Source: Camelus ferus
Taxonomy: Eukaryota
Reading direction: 5' to 3'
NCBI RefSeq assembly: GCF_009834535.1
Contig: NC_045696.1
Location: 55,120,001-55,184,000, forward strand
DNA length: 64,000 bases
Shown here: one piece after another, positions 37,991 to 51,190 of the stretch
Numbering within the stretch: the stretch's first letter is position 1
Layout of the letters: each line of letters begins with the position of its first letter
Program-made: the position numbers and the translations under genes
Notes under the pieces: generated by a model
Told to the model about the DNA's origin: nothing
What the model saw: the letters and a program-made list of their open reading frames with translations, nothing else
Databases searched by the model: none

Positions 37991-39822
37991 TGAAGTATTC
38001 ATATTTTTAGCAAGCCCTTAAAGAGGCTGGTTTCACATGAGGAGCTGTTTGAAATAGGTCTAAAGAGGTCCATATCCAACCAGCACCTGCTATAAAGCAT
38101 CAGGTTCCTGAAAGCTGAATGGAAATCAGCATTACCTCAGGTCAGGAGCCAACCAAGCTTAAAAACTTGCTGCGCCCACGGTAACACTGGCATTATGTTG
38201 GCAGTTATTTGGGCCAAGAAAGAAAATGTGAGAAACCTATGTCTAGATCCCAAAGAGGCCCCCCAAAATCAGCTAATAAACAAGACAAAACAAAAGCAAT
38301 CTATCTGACTTGGCCTTCCAGGCTGTTAACCACATTTTCATGCATTTTTTACCTGGCTGCTGGGGTGACCTACCCTAGAGTGGCAAAATTTTGCTTGACT
38401 CTTAAATATATGCTACTGTCACCAACTGCAAAGAGACCCTACTCATTTGCCCATTCTCTTTCTCAATCGCCTAGCCATGCAACTGGTCACCTAGTGCCAT
38501 CAACTCTATGGGGGAATCTCGTAGATTCCTCAGCTGCTTAGCTAGTCCTTCATGCCGCCTTACAGTCTTCCTGCACTCTGCCCCTAGCCCTGCCCATTCT
38601 CTCCCTAACTCTCTTCCCCATCCCAGACAGAAGGTCAACGTCCGAGCGAAGGTGGAATTCCTAGACACATGCAGGGAACAGCCACACTGGCCTTGGGCTT
38701 GGTATACATTTTCCTATCTCTGAGACTTATGCTCATTTGATTTCTTCTGATATAATGTCCTTTCTACTAGTTTTCCCTATCTCCCTTCTCTGCCTACTAA
38801 ATCCTATTTCTTTTAATAAACAGAGATCTTAAAAATGAAATGTTTAATAGACTCTGATAGATAACAGTATGACTGAATAAAACTAGCTGGTGTACCCCAT
38901 GGCATCTACTTTCTATCCCTTCGCTTCTGTATAGAAAGCAGCTCAGCCTGTGCAGGCATCACCCTCACATGCAGGGCAAGTGGATACATGCCCCCGCTAA
39001 CCTGTCCTTTGGTTGAATAATTCTGTCACAACTTACGCCGCGTCACAGTGTTTATATGGACGTGAATTTAAAGAAAATTATGAACCCAGCTAATAAATGT
39101 CATCTTTCAAGGGGTAATTCTTACTCCAATTCCTCTAGGAGACCCTACTAACTCTGTGACAGAGTTACAAAAGGAAAAATGATAGTGTTATTCATAAAAA
39201 CACGATAGCAATTTCTGCTCCAAATCCATTCATACAGGATGCTCCCTCTTAGTTCTGTGCAGGATCATTCATGCAGCTGGAAGGCAAGTACCTACGCACT
39301 CTTCACAAGGAGGGCAAGGGCTGAAATGCAGATGCTGCAATCCTGGGGTTCAGCAGCCTTTTTAACACCACGACAGTGTTTTAAGTGTAAAGTGGTCTAT
39401 CTCTTAGGGATTTATTTTAATATTAATTGATTTTGTGTTTCTGCCGGTGGGAGCTCTCGGCTGGGGTGAGAAAACAACTGAAACGGAGAAAACTCTTCTA
39501 AGAAGGATGATCAAATCACACAGTCTGGCAGAAGGCCAAGAGTTAAGACAAGAGATGGCCAGAACCCCAGTGAGAGGTTGTGGACCCTGGCCTTGAAAAG
39601 CTGATATCTCTAACATCCAATTTCAAATTTCCCTTCTGTGCACTGCACTTTTATTATGTCAGCCTCATATCTTAGTCAAGATTAGTGTTTTAAATGACAA
39701 CCTTCTGCTGGTGGTTAGAAGTGAGCTGTCACAGCATGGAGAAGTGGTAGGAAGACAACTGGGGATGGGGCCAGAGCAGAGGGTGGGTGTGAGCAGGGCA
39801 CAGCCACACCCAGGATGGTATT

Positions 39823-40269
39823 TGTTATGAGTTGAATTGAGTCACCCCAGAAGATGTTGAAGTCCTAACCCCCAGGACCTAATGTGACCTCCACCTGTAA
39901 ATGTGACCTTATCTGGAAATAGGGTTTTTGCAGATGATCAATTTAAAATGAGACAATTCGAGTGAGCCTTAATACAATATGACTGGTGTCCTTACAAAAA
40001 GGCAAAATTTGGACACAGTCAGGCACGGATGGAAAACAACCTTGAGACACAGGAGAACACCATCTATAAGCCATGGAATGCCTGGGGCTACCAGAAACCA
40101 GGAGTGGGGCATGGAGAAGAGACTCCTTCACAGCCTTCAGAAGGAACCAATCTAGGTGACTGCTTGACTTTTGGACTTCTAGCCTGTGTAACTGTGAGAC
40201 AATAAATTTCTGTTGTTTAAGGCACCCAGTGCGTGTACTTTGGTACAGCAGCCCCGGGAAACCCATATA
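39823..40269 (+). mobile_element. MLT1C-like MaLR solo LTR with 5-bp TSD
   Basis: 'tgttatgagttgaattg...gttgaagtcctaacccccagg...aatgtgaccttatctggaaatagggt...actgtgagacaataaatttctgttgtttaag...acagcagccccgggaaac'. TSD gtatt (39818-39822) / gcatt (40270-40274). Confidence 0.92.
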
Positions 40270-41189
40270 GCATTCCTCTAGCAAACCTCAGTGGTCACTG
40301 GACACAGCATGGGATTCTTGCAGTCACACAGGAGGGATTCTCAGATTACTGTATTCAAGTTATATAAAAAAGGTAAGGGTGAAAAACTTGGTTACACTCA
40401 GAGAGATGAATCGCTCCACTGACTTTCAGAATGGAGCCCTCTAGCTTTCTTATTGTATCACAGGAGTTAGTGACCCAGCTGGAATTAAACTCATTCATGA
40501 CATATAATACAATGTAATACAACACAAACTCCTTCTTGGTCAATTTTCCCATCTCCTTGGTTCCTAGCAGACTCTTGGCACTTAATATTAAACTAACATC
40601 CTACCAATTACGCCTACTTCAAGGCCTTTCTAAATTTAAGATTTTCAAAATACACAATCCCTCTGATTCCAAAAGGGACCAAAGGTGCCTGACCTCAGAA
40701 GATCAAGGCCGAAGAAAACAATCCCTTAACAATCTTAGGTGAGTGTTATTAAGAAAGGGATGAGGTTGTTCAGGGTTCCCTGTGGCCTAGAGATAATCTG
40801 CAGCACATTCTTCTGAAGCCTTTTTCACTTGGCAATATATCATGAACTTTTCTCCGTGTCAATAAATATTCCTCTACAACATGATTTTTAATAGCTATAG
40901 GGATTCTATCATCAGGAAGTACATTCCATAATTCAGTTAACTAATCCTCCTTCCTGAGACAAGTCAATGAAAAATCAAGATAGTGAACTGAGCCCAGAGG
41001 TGTGTATACCCTAAGGACAAGCTCTACGATCCTATGTGTCATATTCCTCTATCAATCTCTATATGGTGCTTTTTTTTGTCTAAGAGACTGCCTGTGGAAT
41101 CTCATCCTTCAGTCTGTAGGCATTTCTAGGGCTTTTCTGATTTAAAAAAAAAAACAACTGTCACCAAGCTTCTGACTATATCATGCAAC

Positions 41190-42190
41190 CATTGACTCAA
41201 AGAACAAATATTTATGTTGTACTTAATACATGCCAGGCATCATTCTGGTGCCTGATGGTAGAGCAACTGAACAAGGCAGATATGATCCCCATGTTCCTAG
41301 ACTTTAAAATCTAAGAAGAGTACGAAATTAACTAGGTAAATTCAAATAGCTGCTAAGAAGAAAGTAAGACAGGGGATGCGAAAGGAATTGATGGGAGGAG
41401 GGTAGTGTAGGTGGAGAGAGAGGAAGTAGCACATTAACTGAGACCTGAACAAGGAAAAGATTACTGTACAACACAGGGAACTATATTCATTATCTTGTAA
41501 TAACCTACAATGGAAAAGAATCTGAAAAAGAATATATATGTAATAATAATATATGTATAATATATATGTGTATATAATTGAATTAATTTGCTATATACCT
41601 GAAGCTAATACAATGCTGTAAATCAACTATACTTCAATCAAAAAGAAAAGGAAAGGAGCTATCCCTGGCAAGAGCCAGAGAAAAGCATCCCACGTAGAGG
41701 AAACAGCTAGAGTAAAGTGTGATGTGGGGAAAAGCATGACAGGCTCAAGAGCAGAAGTTGGCCAGAGTGGCCAGATAGGGTGAACAGCGGCTGCACAGAG
41801 AGGCACTCAAGACGTAGGCAAGTGCTGGATCTAGTAGATCCTCGTGGGACATGGCAAGGTAGCAGGCTGTACTCTGACCACAGTGACCTGCTAGTTTGGA
41901 AGGTTTTAATACAGGAAGAATGATGTGTCAGTTCTATTTTAAGGACTCACTGGCTGTGGTCAAAAGCATAGATTATAAAAAAGCATGAGAGGAAGCAGAA
42001 GCAGACCAGTGACTAGGTTACTGCTAAGGTCCAGTTGTGAGAGTTGTTGGTACCGTAACACTGACTTGAATGGCTATAGCAATGAAAAATGAGAACTGGT
42101 TCCAGATAGATTCTGATAATACAATAGGCAAGATGCATTGATAGAATGGATATGAATGGATGAGTTAAAGGAAGAAATTAAAGATGACAA
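41190..42190 (-). mobile_element. L2 3' portion (continues at 45076-45750 after the nested L1)
   Basis: 'caaatatttatgttgtacttaatacatgccaggcatcattctggtg' L2 tail through 'ggaagaaattaaagatgac'. Confidence 0.85.
41461..41647 (+). mobile_element. 5'-truncated L1 3' end nested in L2, with TSD
   Basis: 'tactgtacaacacagggaactatattcattatcttgtaataacctacaatggaaaagaatctgaaaaag...ctgtaaatcaactatacttcaat'. TSD aaggaaaaga (41451-41460) / aaggaaagga (41648-41657). Confidence 0.9.
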
Positions 42191-42196
42191 CATTTT

Positions 42197-45075
42197 GTTA
42201 TGAAAATTTTCAAACTTAGAAACAGACTGAATAATAACCATCTATGTACTCACCGTGAAGACTATATAATGAACATTCTTCTACACCTACTTTATCACAT
42301 AGCCATCCATCTATCCATCCAACTATTCATGCATCAATCCAGGTGATTTTTTGATGCTCTTAGGGTGAAAAAAGAAAGCTGAGAACATTTCACCCCTACC
42401 CCTAAAATAGCATTTGTTTATTAACTAGAATCAGTAAGTGGTTTTGCTTCTTTTATTTTTATAGGAAAAATTGGTATATAATGAAATGTAAAAATTTTTA
42501 TATACCATTTAATGAGTTTTAAGAAATGCATACACTTACATAATACTAACTCAGGTTTTTAAACCTTGACACCATTCTCAACCTCAGATAATTCTTTGTT
42601 GTGGAGGCTGCCCTGGGCGTTGCTGGGTGATCAGCAGCACCCCTGTCCTCTACCCACTAGGTGTCAGTAGCACCACACACACCCCTCCTCCAGTTGTGAC
42701 AACCAAAGATGTCTCCAGACTTTGCCAAAAATAATGGGGAGCGGGGTATACTGCCCCCAGTTGTTAACCACTTCCCTAATGCCTATCACGATCCAGAATG
42801 TTTCTCCATGCAGATCCCCACCCCTCTCTCAGAGGTAACAAATATTCTAATTTTTGGCCACATAAATTAGTTTTGCCCGTTTTAGAATTTCATACAAGTG
42901 AAGTCATATTGTATGTGCTCTTCTGGGGAAGGCTTTTTCAATAAGCATAATGCTTTTGAGAGTCATCAGTGTTGCTGTGTGTATCAGTAGTTTGCTCCTT
43001 TTTAGTGCGAAGCCGTATTCTATTGTATGACTATATCCAACTCTGTTTAGTCATTCAGTTGCAGATGGACAACTGACCTGTTTCCAATTTCACATATTAG
43101 GAATAAAACTGATATGAACATTCTCATGTAATTCTTTTTGTGCCTATATTTTCAGTTCTCTTGGGTAGGAACAGAATTTCTGAATCATAGTACACATATA
43201 TGTTAAGAAATTGCCAGACCTTCTGACAAAGCAATGATACTATTTTACACTCCCATCAATGATGTATGAGAGTTCCAGTTGTTCCAGATCCTTGCCAGCA
43301 TTTGGTGGTGTCAGTGATTTTAATTTTAGCCATCATGGTAGGTGTTTTGCATATCTTACTATGTTTTTAAAATTTTATTTCCTTGGTAATTCTACTGTTG
43401 AGTGTTTTTTTACATGTTTATTGGTCATTCATAGAGTTTCTTTGTGAAGTATCTGTTTAAATGGTTTCCCCATTTTAAAAATTGGGTTATAGTTTTATTA
43501 CTAACAGAATTTCTCTATATAGACTGGATATCTGTTCTTTGTCTGATGTATGGTGAATATTTTATGCAGGTCTGTGGATTGCCTATTAATAATGTCTTTT
43601 AATGAGCAGAAATATTTTAATTTTGATGAAATCAACTTTATCAATGATTTCTTTTTGGTTATTATTTTCTGTATCCTGCCTAAAATATCTTTTGCCCCTT
43701 CTCGAAATCTTGAAGATATTTTCCTGTGTTTTTCCCTATAATCTTTATGGTTTTTACCTTTATGTTTAGGTCTAAGATTTATCTCAAGTTGCTTTTTATG
43801 ATGTGAGAAATGGGTCAAATTCATCTTTTCTATATAGATATCCACTTGTTGTAGCACATTTTGTCAAAAAGAATTCCCTTTCCCTGTAACAGGGTTTTGG
43901 TGATTTTGTTGAAAATCAAATGATTTTATTAGCATAGGTCTAATTCTAGACTCCCTATTCTATTCCATTACCTATCTGTAAATCCTTTTGCCAGTACCAT
44001 ACTTTCTTGATTACTGTAACTTGAGAGTAAATTTTTAAGCCAGGTTAAGTCCTCTAACTTTGTCCTTCTTCAAAATTTCTTTGGCTGTTGTAGATCCTTT
44101 GCTTTTCCATATAAATGTTAGAATCAGCCTGTTAATTTCTTTAAAAAGAAAAGCCTGGTGGGATTACTATTGGCATTGCATTGAATCTATAGGTTATTTT
44201 GGAAAGAACCAGCACATTAATAGTAACATGTCTTCAAATCAATGTACCTGGTATATTTACTACTTTCTCTAATTTTTCTTAATGGTGTTTTGTAATTTTT
44301 AATGTAATGGTCTTGTTAATCTTGTTCCTAAGTATGTTATGCTTTTTTACTCTGTTGTGGATGGAATTTTGTTTTAATTTCATTTTCCCCTTTTCTGCAG
44401 TTAAATATGGGAAATGCAACTGAGTTTTGTATATTGACCTTGTATCCTGAGACAATGCTAAATTTACATTTTAGTTGTAGTGACTCTTTTGAAGGTTCAT
44501 TAAACTTTCAACCTTGACAATCACGTTATCTATGAATAAAGACATATTTACCTCATTTCTCGTCTGTATGCTTTTTATTTCCTCGTCTTTTCTTATTGTA
44601 ACATCTAGGATTTTCAATAAAATGTTAATAGAAGTGGCGAGAGTGGACATCCTTAATTTGTTTGTGGTCTTGGGAGAAAACATTTAATATTTCACCATTA
44701 AGAATAGTGTTAACTGTTGATTTTTCATAGATACCTTTTATCAGAATGAGGAAAATCCCCTCCATTCTTAGAGTGCTGAGAGTTTTTATCAGTGAACAGC
44801 AAAACAGTTTTGTTAAATTTTTTTCTCTGTCTGTTGAGATGGTCATGTGCTTTTTCTCCTTTATTCTTTTAGTATGGTGAGTTTCACTGATTATCTTTCT
44901 AATACTAAACCAAATACTACCAGGGATAAACTTCACTAGGTATTATCTGTTCTATGTGCTGTTGGATTTTATTTGCTGACATTTTAAGGACTTTTGCATC
45001 TATGTTCATAAAGTACATTGGATAGTAAATTTATTTTTTGTAATGTCTTTGTCCAGTTTTCCAATCAGGGTTTTT
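42197..45075 (-). mobile_element. Old L1M(C/D) element (ORF2 3' part + 3' UTR) nested in L2
   Basis: Antisense ORF2 motifs (track peptides 'KKHMTISTDREK', 'IKGIYEKSTVNTILNGE'). Possible TSD aacatttt (42189-42196) / aatatttt (45076-45083). Confidence 0.92.
42552..42773 (-). mobile_element. MER20 (hAT-Charlie) nested in L1
   Basis: 'gataattctttgttgtggaggctgccctg...ctctacccactaggtgtcagtagcacc...cagttgtgacaaccaaagatgtctccagac...cccccagttgttaaccact'. Confidence 0.92.
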
Positions 45076-45750
45076 AATATTTTTTTAATTTGGGCAACTG
45101 GTTGAATAATCTTCTAAGATGGGAACGACTGGCAAGAACAGGTTTGGGGAAACTGGGAATCAAGAGCTCCATTTTAGACTTGTTTAGTTGAAATCCTATT
45201 CAACATCCAAGGGAAAATGTCAAGTAGACAGTGGCATAAAGAAATTTAGAGCCTAATGGGAAGGGCTGGCAAGTTAAGTGTGAGAGTGATCAGTATCTAG
45301 ATGATATTTAAATCCACGGAAATGGATGACACAACCTACCACGAGTGTGTAAACTGAAAAGAGAGCTGAGGGGAAGCTCTGAGATACTGTAATATTTATA
45401 GATCAGTTAGGGGTGTAGCAGAAAATGAAAGGCTGAGAAAGAACAGTCTATAAGGAAGGAGGAAACTCAGTAGTTTGTGAACAGAATTCAGAAAAGGAAA
45501 GTGTTTCATACTGAATGCTGCTGAGAGGGCAATAAGATGAGAACAGAGAACTGACAGTGGATTTGGCAACATGGGGTCATTGGAGACACTGACGTGAATC
45601 TTTCTGGGGGTTGGAGGTGGGGTGGAACAAAGGTAGATTGGAGTGGATTAAAGAGAGAATGGAAAGTGAGGGAAAGGGGAGAGTATCAACAACTTGTTAC
45701 AGAATTTTTCCTGTGAATAGTAGCAGAGCAATGAGCTGGAGAGGACGAAG
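45076..45750 (-). mobile_element. L2 continuation
   Basis: 'ttgggcaactggttgaat...aatcaagagctccattttagac...tgctgctgagagggcaataagatgagaacagaga...gatttggcaacatggggtcattgg'. Confidence 0.85.
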
Positions 45751-45839
45751 AAACAATGAGGAAAGAGTATTCCCACCTTTGAGGTAGGTAAGCAAGACAA
45801 AACAGAAGAGGAGAGGACAATTTCACCTGAAATATTTCT

Positions 45840-46020
45840 GACAGTGGGGAGAGCTATGGACTAAGGATCAGACCAGGATTATTTCCGGCTTTAAATTAAT
45901 CAACCCCAGGATTGAGGGTAGGTCATTTCCCTTTCTCTGAGCTTCAGTCTTCTCACTGGTAAATTGATGGCTTTTGGACTAGATATAAAACAAGACAGTT
46001 TAAATACTCCCCAACTTCTG
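45840..46020 (+). mobile_element. MIR/MIR3 remnant
   Basis: 'ggtcatttccctttctctgagcttcagtcttctcactggtaaa...ttggactagat'. Confidence 0.65.
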
Positions 46021-47604
46021 TGACTTCTCTGACGGGTCTCAAAATGAAGCTGGCCTCTAATCTGTCATGCTTGTATCTTAAAATTTATGGTAATTTTGTT
46101 TTACTAATCTGCCTCTTAATTGTTCGGTTTATTTGTAAGCATTATTAAAATGGGAGGCCAAGTCTACTTGATTACAAAAGAAGACATACAGAGAGTGAGA
46201 ATTCTATTTATGTGAAAATAAGCTACAAAGAGAAGTCAGGCCAGCATGAAAGTTCCAGGGGAAAGAAGTGGATAAGAGCCAGAGGATTTTCCCAAACAGA
46301 GCAAAACACAGCCACAGAGGGTTTTTTAGATCCCTTACAGTCTTTACAGCAAGTGGAAAGAGAGATGATAAGGGTACTTGAAGGTTAATCACAATTATCC
46401 AATCACATCATGGTAGATGAAGCACATTTGATAAACTGTAATAACCAGTCACTAAAATAACTAGGCCACATCAAATTATCTTGTTTGTTAAGATAAACGT
46501 ATTAGATTAGCCATTTTACTAAATCCATGGATTAATGTTTAACTAATTAAACTCATTTCTTCTAAAAGAAGTGATTAATTGTGTTGATGGAGTGTCAAGT
46601 AAACAGGATGAGTTGATTTGGAGAGGAACAAAATTAAATAGATTTGTCTGCAAAGAATATGTATATTTAAATAGATCCAAAAGTCAAGGCATCACTATGG
46701 ATCTGTTGAATTTTACAATTCAATGTTTTCTCTCCACAATTATTAGACACTAGGTGAAAAACAAAAAAAATAAAGAAAATGTTCTCTGCTTCTATGTAGC
46801 ATCCAACTGAATTAAGGATATAGAAAACAATAGTGAATATACTGAATAATATAACTTCAAGCCTAATTGGGGGAAAGACTAGAAAATTAGCAGTGGTGCA
46901 GAAGAAATGGGATATTATAGGGCAAATGTCACCAGGGAAGGCTCATGGAGGATGTGGATTTTAAGTACATTAAAGGTAGAACTGAGAATTAGAACACATT
47001 TGCTTCAAGTGGCAAAATGCAGTATGAACTATATCAGGCATAAACTGGAAATTATAGAAGACACAAGTAATCAGAAGGATTGGCAACTACAGTGGCAGGT
47101 ACTCAAATACCTTCAGGACCCCCTTCCCTCCCTTTTCTCATCTCTACTTCCTTTGGTTTCTCAGCTTCAAGTTTAGGTTCATATCTAGTGAAGGATCAGA
47201 GAAAGACAAAAAGCAAAAACAAAAACCAAGAATGTCAGAAAGGGTGCACCAGACCAGATAAAGTATGTATACACTGCAAGAAAGGGCAAGCTGATTGTTT
47301 TTCCAAGTAACTCAAATTGCATTAAGTGGCAGAACCCCTTCTCTCACCACGCAGCTATCTGAAGAGAAACTGAATGACAGGGAGAGCCTGCAGTTAAGAA
47401 ACACAAGTAAGAAACCAGTAAATACAACACAGAAGGAGCAATCAAAGAGCTTTCAAAAATGCCAATTTTAATGTAATCAAATTATCAGAGGCATCAAAAA
47501 GGAAAAGAATTCAGAAAAGTTCAGGGATAAAAGAGTCTTTTAAAGTAGATTGGAAGCAATTAAAATCAAATCGAAAAGAGATTAAGAAATAAGTGAATTA
47601 AAAG

Positions 47605-50012
47605 AAAGTGGAACTTCATCTTTCAGCCATGATAGAGCAATTAGTACCTGACTAGCCCTCCCACCATAAACACTGGTGTGCTGGCAAACGTTTAGCAACC
47701 AGTTCTCTTTAAACGAACAAACAAAAGAACACTTTGCTTTGTAACATTTGCCTGTCTCCACTGCAAACACACTTCCCCCCATGGCTGATTTCAACCTACC
47801 AATGGTTTAACAACTGACTGGCAAAATTTCCTAAAAATTTAAACTTTGCCTTTTATGAGCTGGTTTGAGCTGACTCCAACACTCCTTAAATCACTATAAA
47901 ACTGGGGAAAATATTAAGGGAAATTACTTTAAGGTACTGGAAAATAGGAAAGCTTACAAGATGAGCATGATGTGTACCAGCTACCACCCCACTCTGCTTT
48001 CCGTCTGGGGAAAATTTCCCACGACAGATGGAGCTGGACCTGGAATCTAAACAGATTACAGCATTCCACCTGAGCTACAGAGTCTCACATCAGTCTGGAG
48101 ACACAGAAGGGGCTGGAATCTGAGCAGCATTCTAGTAAGCAGGAGGGACCTGTGCAGAAGTGAGGCCCAGAACTCTAAATGGGGTACTCCAGGGAGTCCT
48201 TGGCTGAGGGCTGGACTGTTTATGTGCAAGGAGAGATTACATGACACTCACAAGAAAGAAATTGCTATGAGGCTGAGTAGAACAGAAATACTAGAGGTCA
48301 AGCAGAGTTATATTAGAGCTCCAGACTGGCCAGAGTGGAGAAACTTCCTTAAAACACTGTTAAGACCTCATTAGCACTCAGCATCCAGCTGAGACTTCAA
48401 AAGGCCGTACATTAACAATAAGGAATGACATATTTAAAGTGCTGAAAGAAAAAATAAAAACAGCAGTCAGCCCAGAATTCTATAACCAGTCGGCAAATAT
48501 TCCTCTATAAAATGAGGATGAAATGAAGATACTTTCTTTTTAAAAAGTCTGAGAAACCTGTTGCCTGCAGACCAGCATTTTAAGAACTGTTAAGAAATAT
48601 CTTTCAGGTTGAAAGGAAGTGATATTAAATGGAACTAATATGAAGAAATGGAGACAGCAAATATATGTACGAGTAAATATAAGAAAAGCTTTTCCTTCTT
48701 TTAATTTCCTTTAAAAACAACTTACTCACTAAAGCAAAAGCAACAATTTTCTAAGGTTAGTTTCTAATATATACACAAGTAAAAGATATGACCACTTTAG
48801 GACAAAGGATGGTGAGGGTGGGTAAGTGGAATTATATTATTGTGACATTTTTATATTAGTGAAATAGGAAAAATAATGTGTGTAGAAAGAATTGAGAATT
48901 GTAAAATTAGAAATATGAAGTGATACAACATTAAATAAACTCTGAAAGGTAAGGATGTATATTGTTTTCTCCAGAGCAACAACTAAAATTATAAAAAGAT
49001 ACCATTAAGAAGTGAAAAGTCAAGCCAAAGGCTTGGAGAAAATATTTGGAATACATACATCTAACAAAGGATATGTGTCACAACTCATTAAAGAAAACTC
49101 TTCTAACTCAAGAAGAAGACAAGTAAGCCAATTTATGAAAATGTGGGTAATATGTGTAAGAGACTTCATAAAAGGAGACACACAAATGGCCAGTAAATAT
49201 ATAAAGAGAGGCTCAACATCACTTGCCACCAAGAAAACACATATTAAGACCACAGCATGATACCATGTCACTGGCATGACTAAAATTGAAACTAATAATA
49301 ACAAATGCAATATGAATGTGGAACAACTCGAACTTCCATCCATTGCTGTTTGGAGTGTAAGGTGGCATAGCCACTTTAGAAAACAGTTTGATGGTTTCTT
49401 AAAAAGTTAAACATACACTAACCACATAATCCAATAATTCTGTTCTTCAAGAGAAGAGAAAAACGTAACATACACACGTCCATATAAACTCTTCTAGATG
49501 ACTGTTCATAACAGCTTTATTGACAATAGAAAAGCTGAAATAACTCAAGTGCTCATCAAGGGTAAAAGGATAAATTATACACAGTCACATGAAAACAGTT
49601 GTGTATAGTCACACAATGAAATACTACTCCACAATACAAAGAATGTTCAGTCAACAACAGTTAAACATTCAACAACATGGAAGAAAAAATTTTTTAAATT
49701 ATGCTGAGCAAAAGAAATCTGACACAAAAAGGAAATACTGTATATAAAGTGCGTAACTGCTCCAACTGAAAGAAGTCTAGAACATGTGAAACAAATGGAA
49801 AATGATAGGGATCAGAGCAGTGTTAGGAACAGGAGACGGAAGAAATTGATTGTAAAATGCATGAAAGAACTCTCTGGAAAATGGGAATGTTCTGTTTTGA
49901 TTAGGGTGGTGGATACATGATGCATATACATACAAAACCTCATCAAACTATATGCTTAAAATTTGTGCATTTTATTTTATGTAAATTATGACTCAAAAAA
50001 GTTGATTAAAAA
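47605..50012 (+). mobile_element. Old L1M remnant (5' region, ORF1 pieces, ORF2 end and 3' UTR; internally deleted)
   Basis: 'aatgacatatttaaagtgctgaaagaaaa...cccagaattctata', 'ggagaaaatatttggaatacatacatctaacaaagg', and 3' end 'aaatttgtgcattttattttatgtaaattatgactcaaaaaag'. Confidence 0.8.
47672..47890. mobile_element. MER63-like (hAT-Blackjack) element nested in L1
   Basis: 'cactggtgtgctggcaaacgtttagcaaccagttctc...catggctgatttcaacctaccaa...gagctgactccaacac'. Flanking accataaa/actataaa. Confidence 0.75.
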
Positions 50013-50974
50013 ATAAGAATAGAAGTAGTAAGCATAAGAATAGCTACACCTTAGTGCTCTGTATGTCTCAGACACTGCGTAGGATGCTCGCACATATTAC
50101 CACTCAATTCTTCGTGCATCCTTCAAGGTAGGAGGTATTATGAAAACTGAGGTTGTAGCTTGGTCTTCTCAATAAAGGAGCAGGTGGGATTGTCTATTAG
50201 AGTGGGGTTAAAGCATGAGGAGAAATCTGGAATGGTCCCCAACAGAAATCAGGAAGGACTGCTGGACAGCAGCAAAGACCCCCTCTGAGGGAAGGGAACA
50301 TTAGGCGTGTAGTCGGCAAGCCCTCCAGGACTCTGCCACTTTGTCTGGAAGGTTCTGCAAACTAAGAACAGCAGTGACGAAAGTGGTGATGGACACAGCC
50401 CAAGAGCAAGGAAATCTGTCTCAGGCAGGGGCGACCCAGGGACCTCTAGGAGTGGGTAAGTAAAGCCTTCTCACTTGAAGTTAAAAATATCCACTATCTC
50501 ATCCATCCTAGCTGAGGGGAAAACTGGCAATTCTCTCTTTTTTTAATTATAATATTTGACTTACTAGGATTCAGTCAGACTACTAAACTGGAAATGGAAT
50601 AAAATCTAATAGAGTAGAAATTTTAGCTGAACCAATTAAAATATTCCATAGGGAGTCTTTCCTGTCCAAGCCAATATTACGTATCTCTGAATAAATTGGG
50701 TCTGGGCCCTGGATGTTATTTTTAATTTGGACTAATAGAGTTGACATAAAAGACAAAAAAATTGGAGCTTATTCAGTCACCCACATCGTGATCAAAATCC
50801 CCACATGTCAAAAATTGACATCATCCTCACTATCTATATTACTGGCAATGTTTGCACCATACTCTTCCCTCCCAGACCTGAGACCATAGCGGTCTTTGGA
50901 CCTCAGAATTGTCCCCTTTCACTCCTTGGCCCCTATCCCATTCTTCTGTTCCTCAGTCAAGAACTAGTGCCAAA

Positions 50975-51190
50975 CCTTGTTAATAGGTGCTATGCATGAA
51001 GACGGTTCTGTAGTCAGCTATGTTTGGAAAACACTGTGTTAAACACAGTTACAAGGTTTTACTGAAAGACCTCTTAGAGATTTTAATGTGCTCCTGTGCA
51101 CTGTGAATCTCCAAGGGAGAGATGAAATATTTGATCACGGAACCCCTGTGGTTGTAGCATTACCTGAAATTCACCCTGGGAAGCACTGAC
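50975..51190. mobile_element. hAT-Charlie-type MITE remnant
   Basis: 'gttctgtagtcagctatgtttggaaaacactgtgttaaac...ttaatgtgctcctgtgcactgtgaatctccaag...tttgatcacggaacc...tgggaagcactg'. Confidence 0.55.

Noticed and set aside
39031..39065. CpG cluster with a minus-strand GTAAGT donor
   Set aside because: No convincing acceptor or start upstream, and too short for a CpG island.
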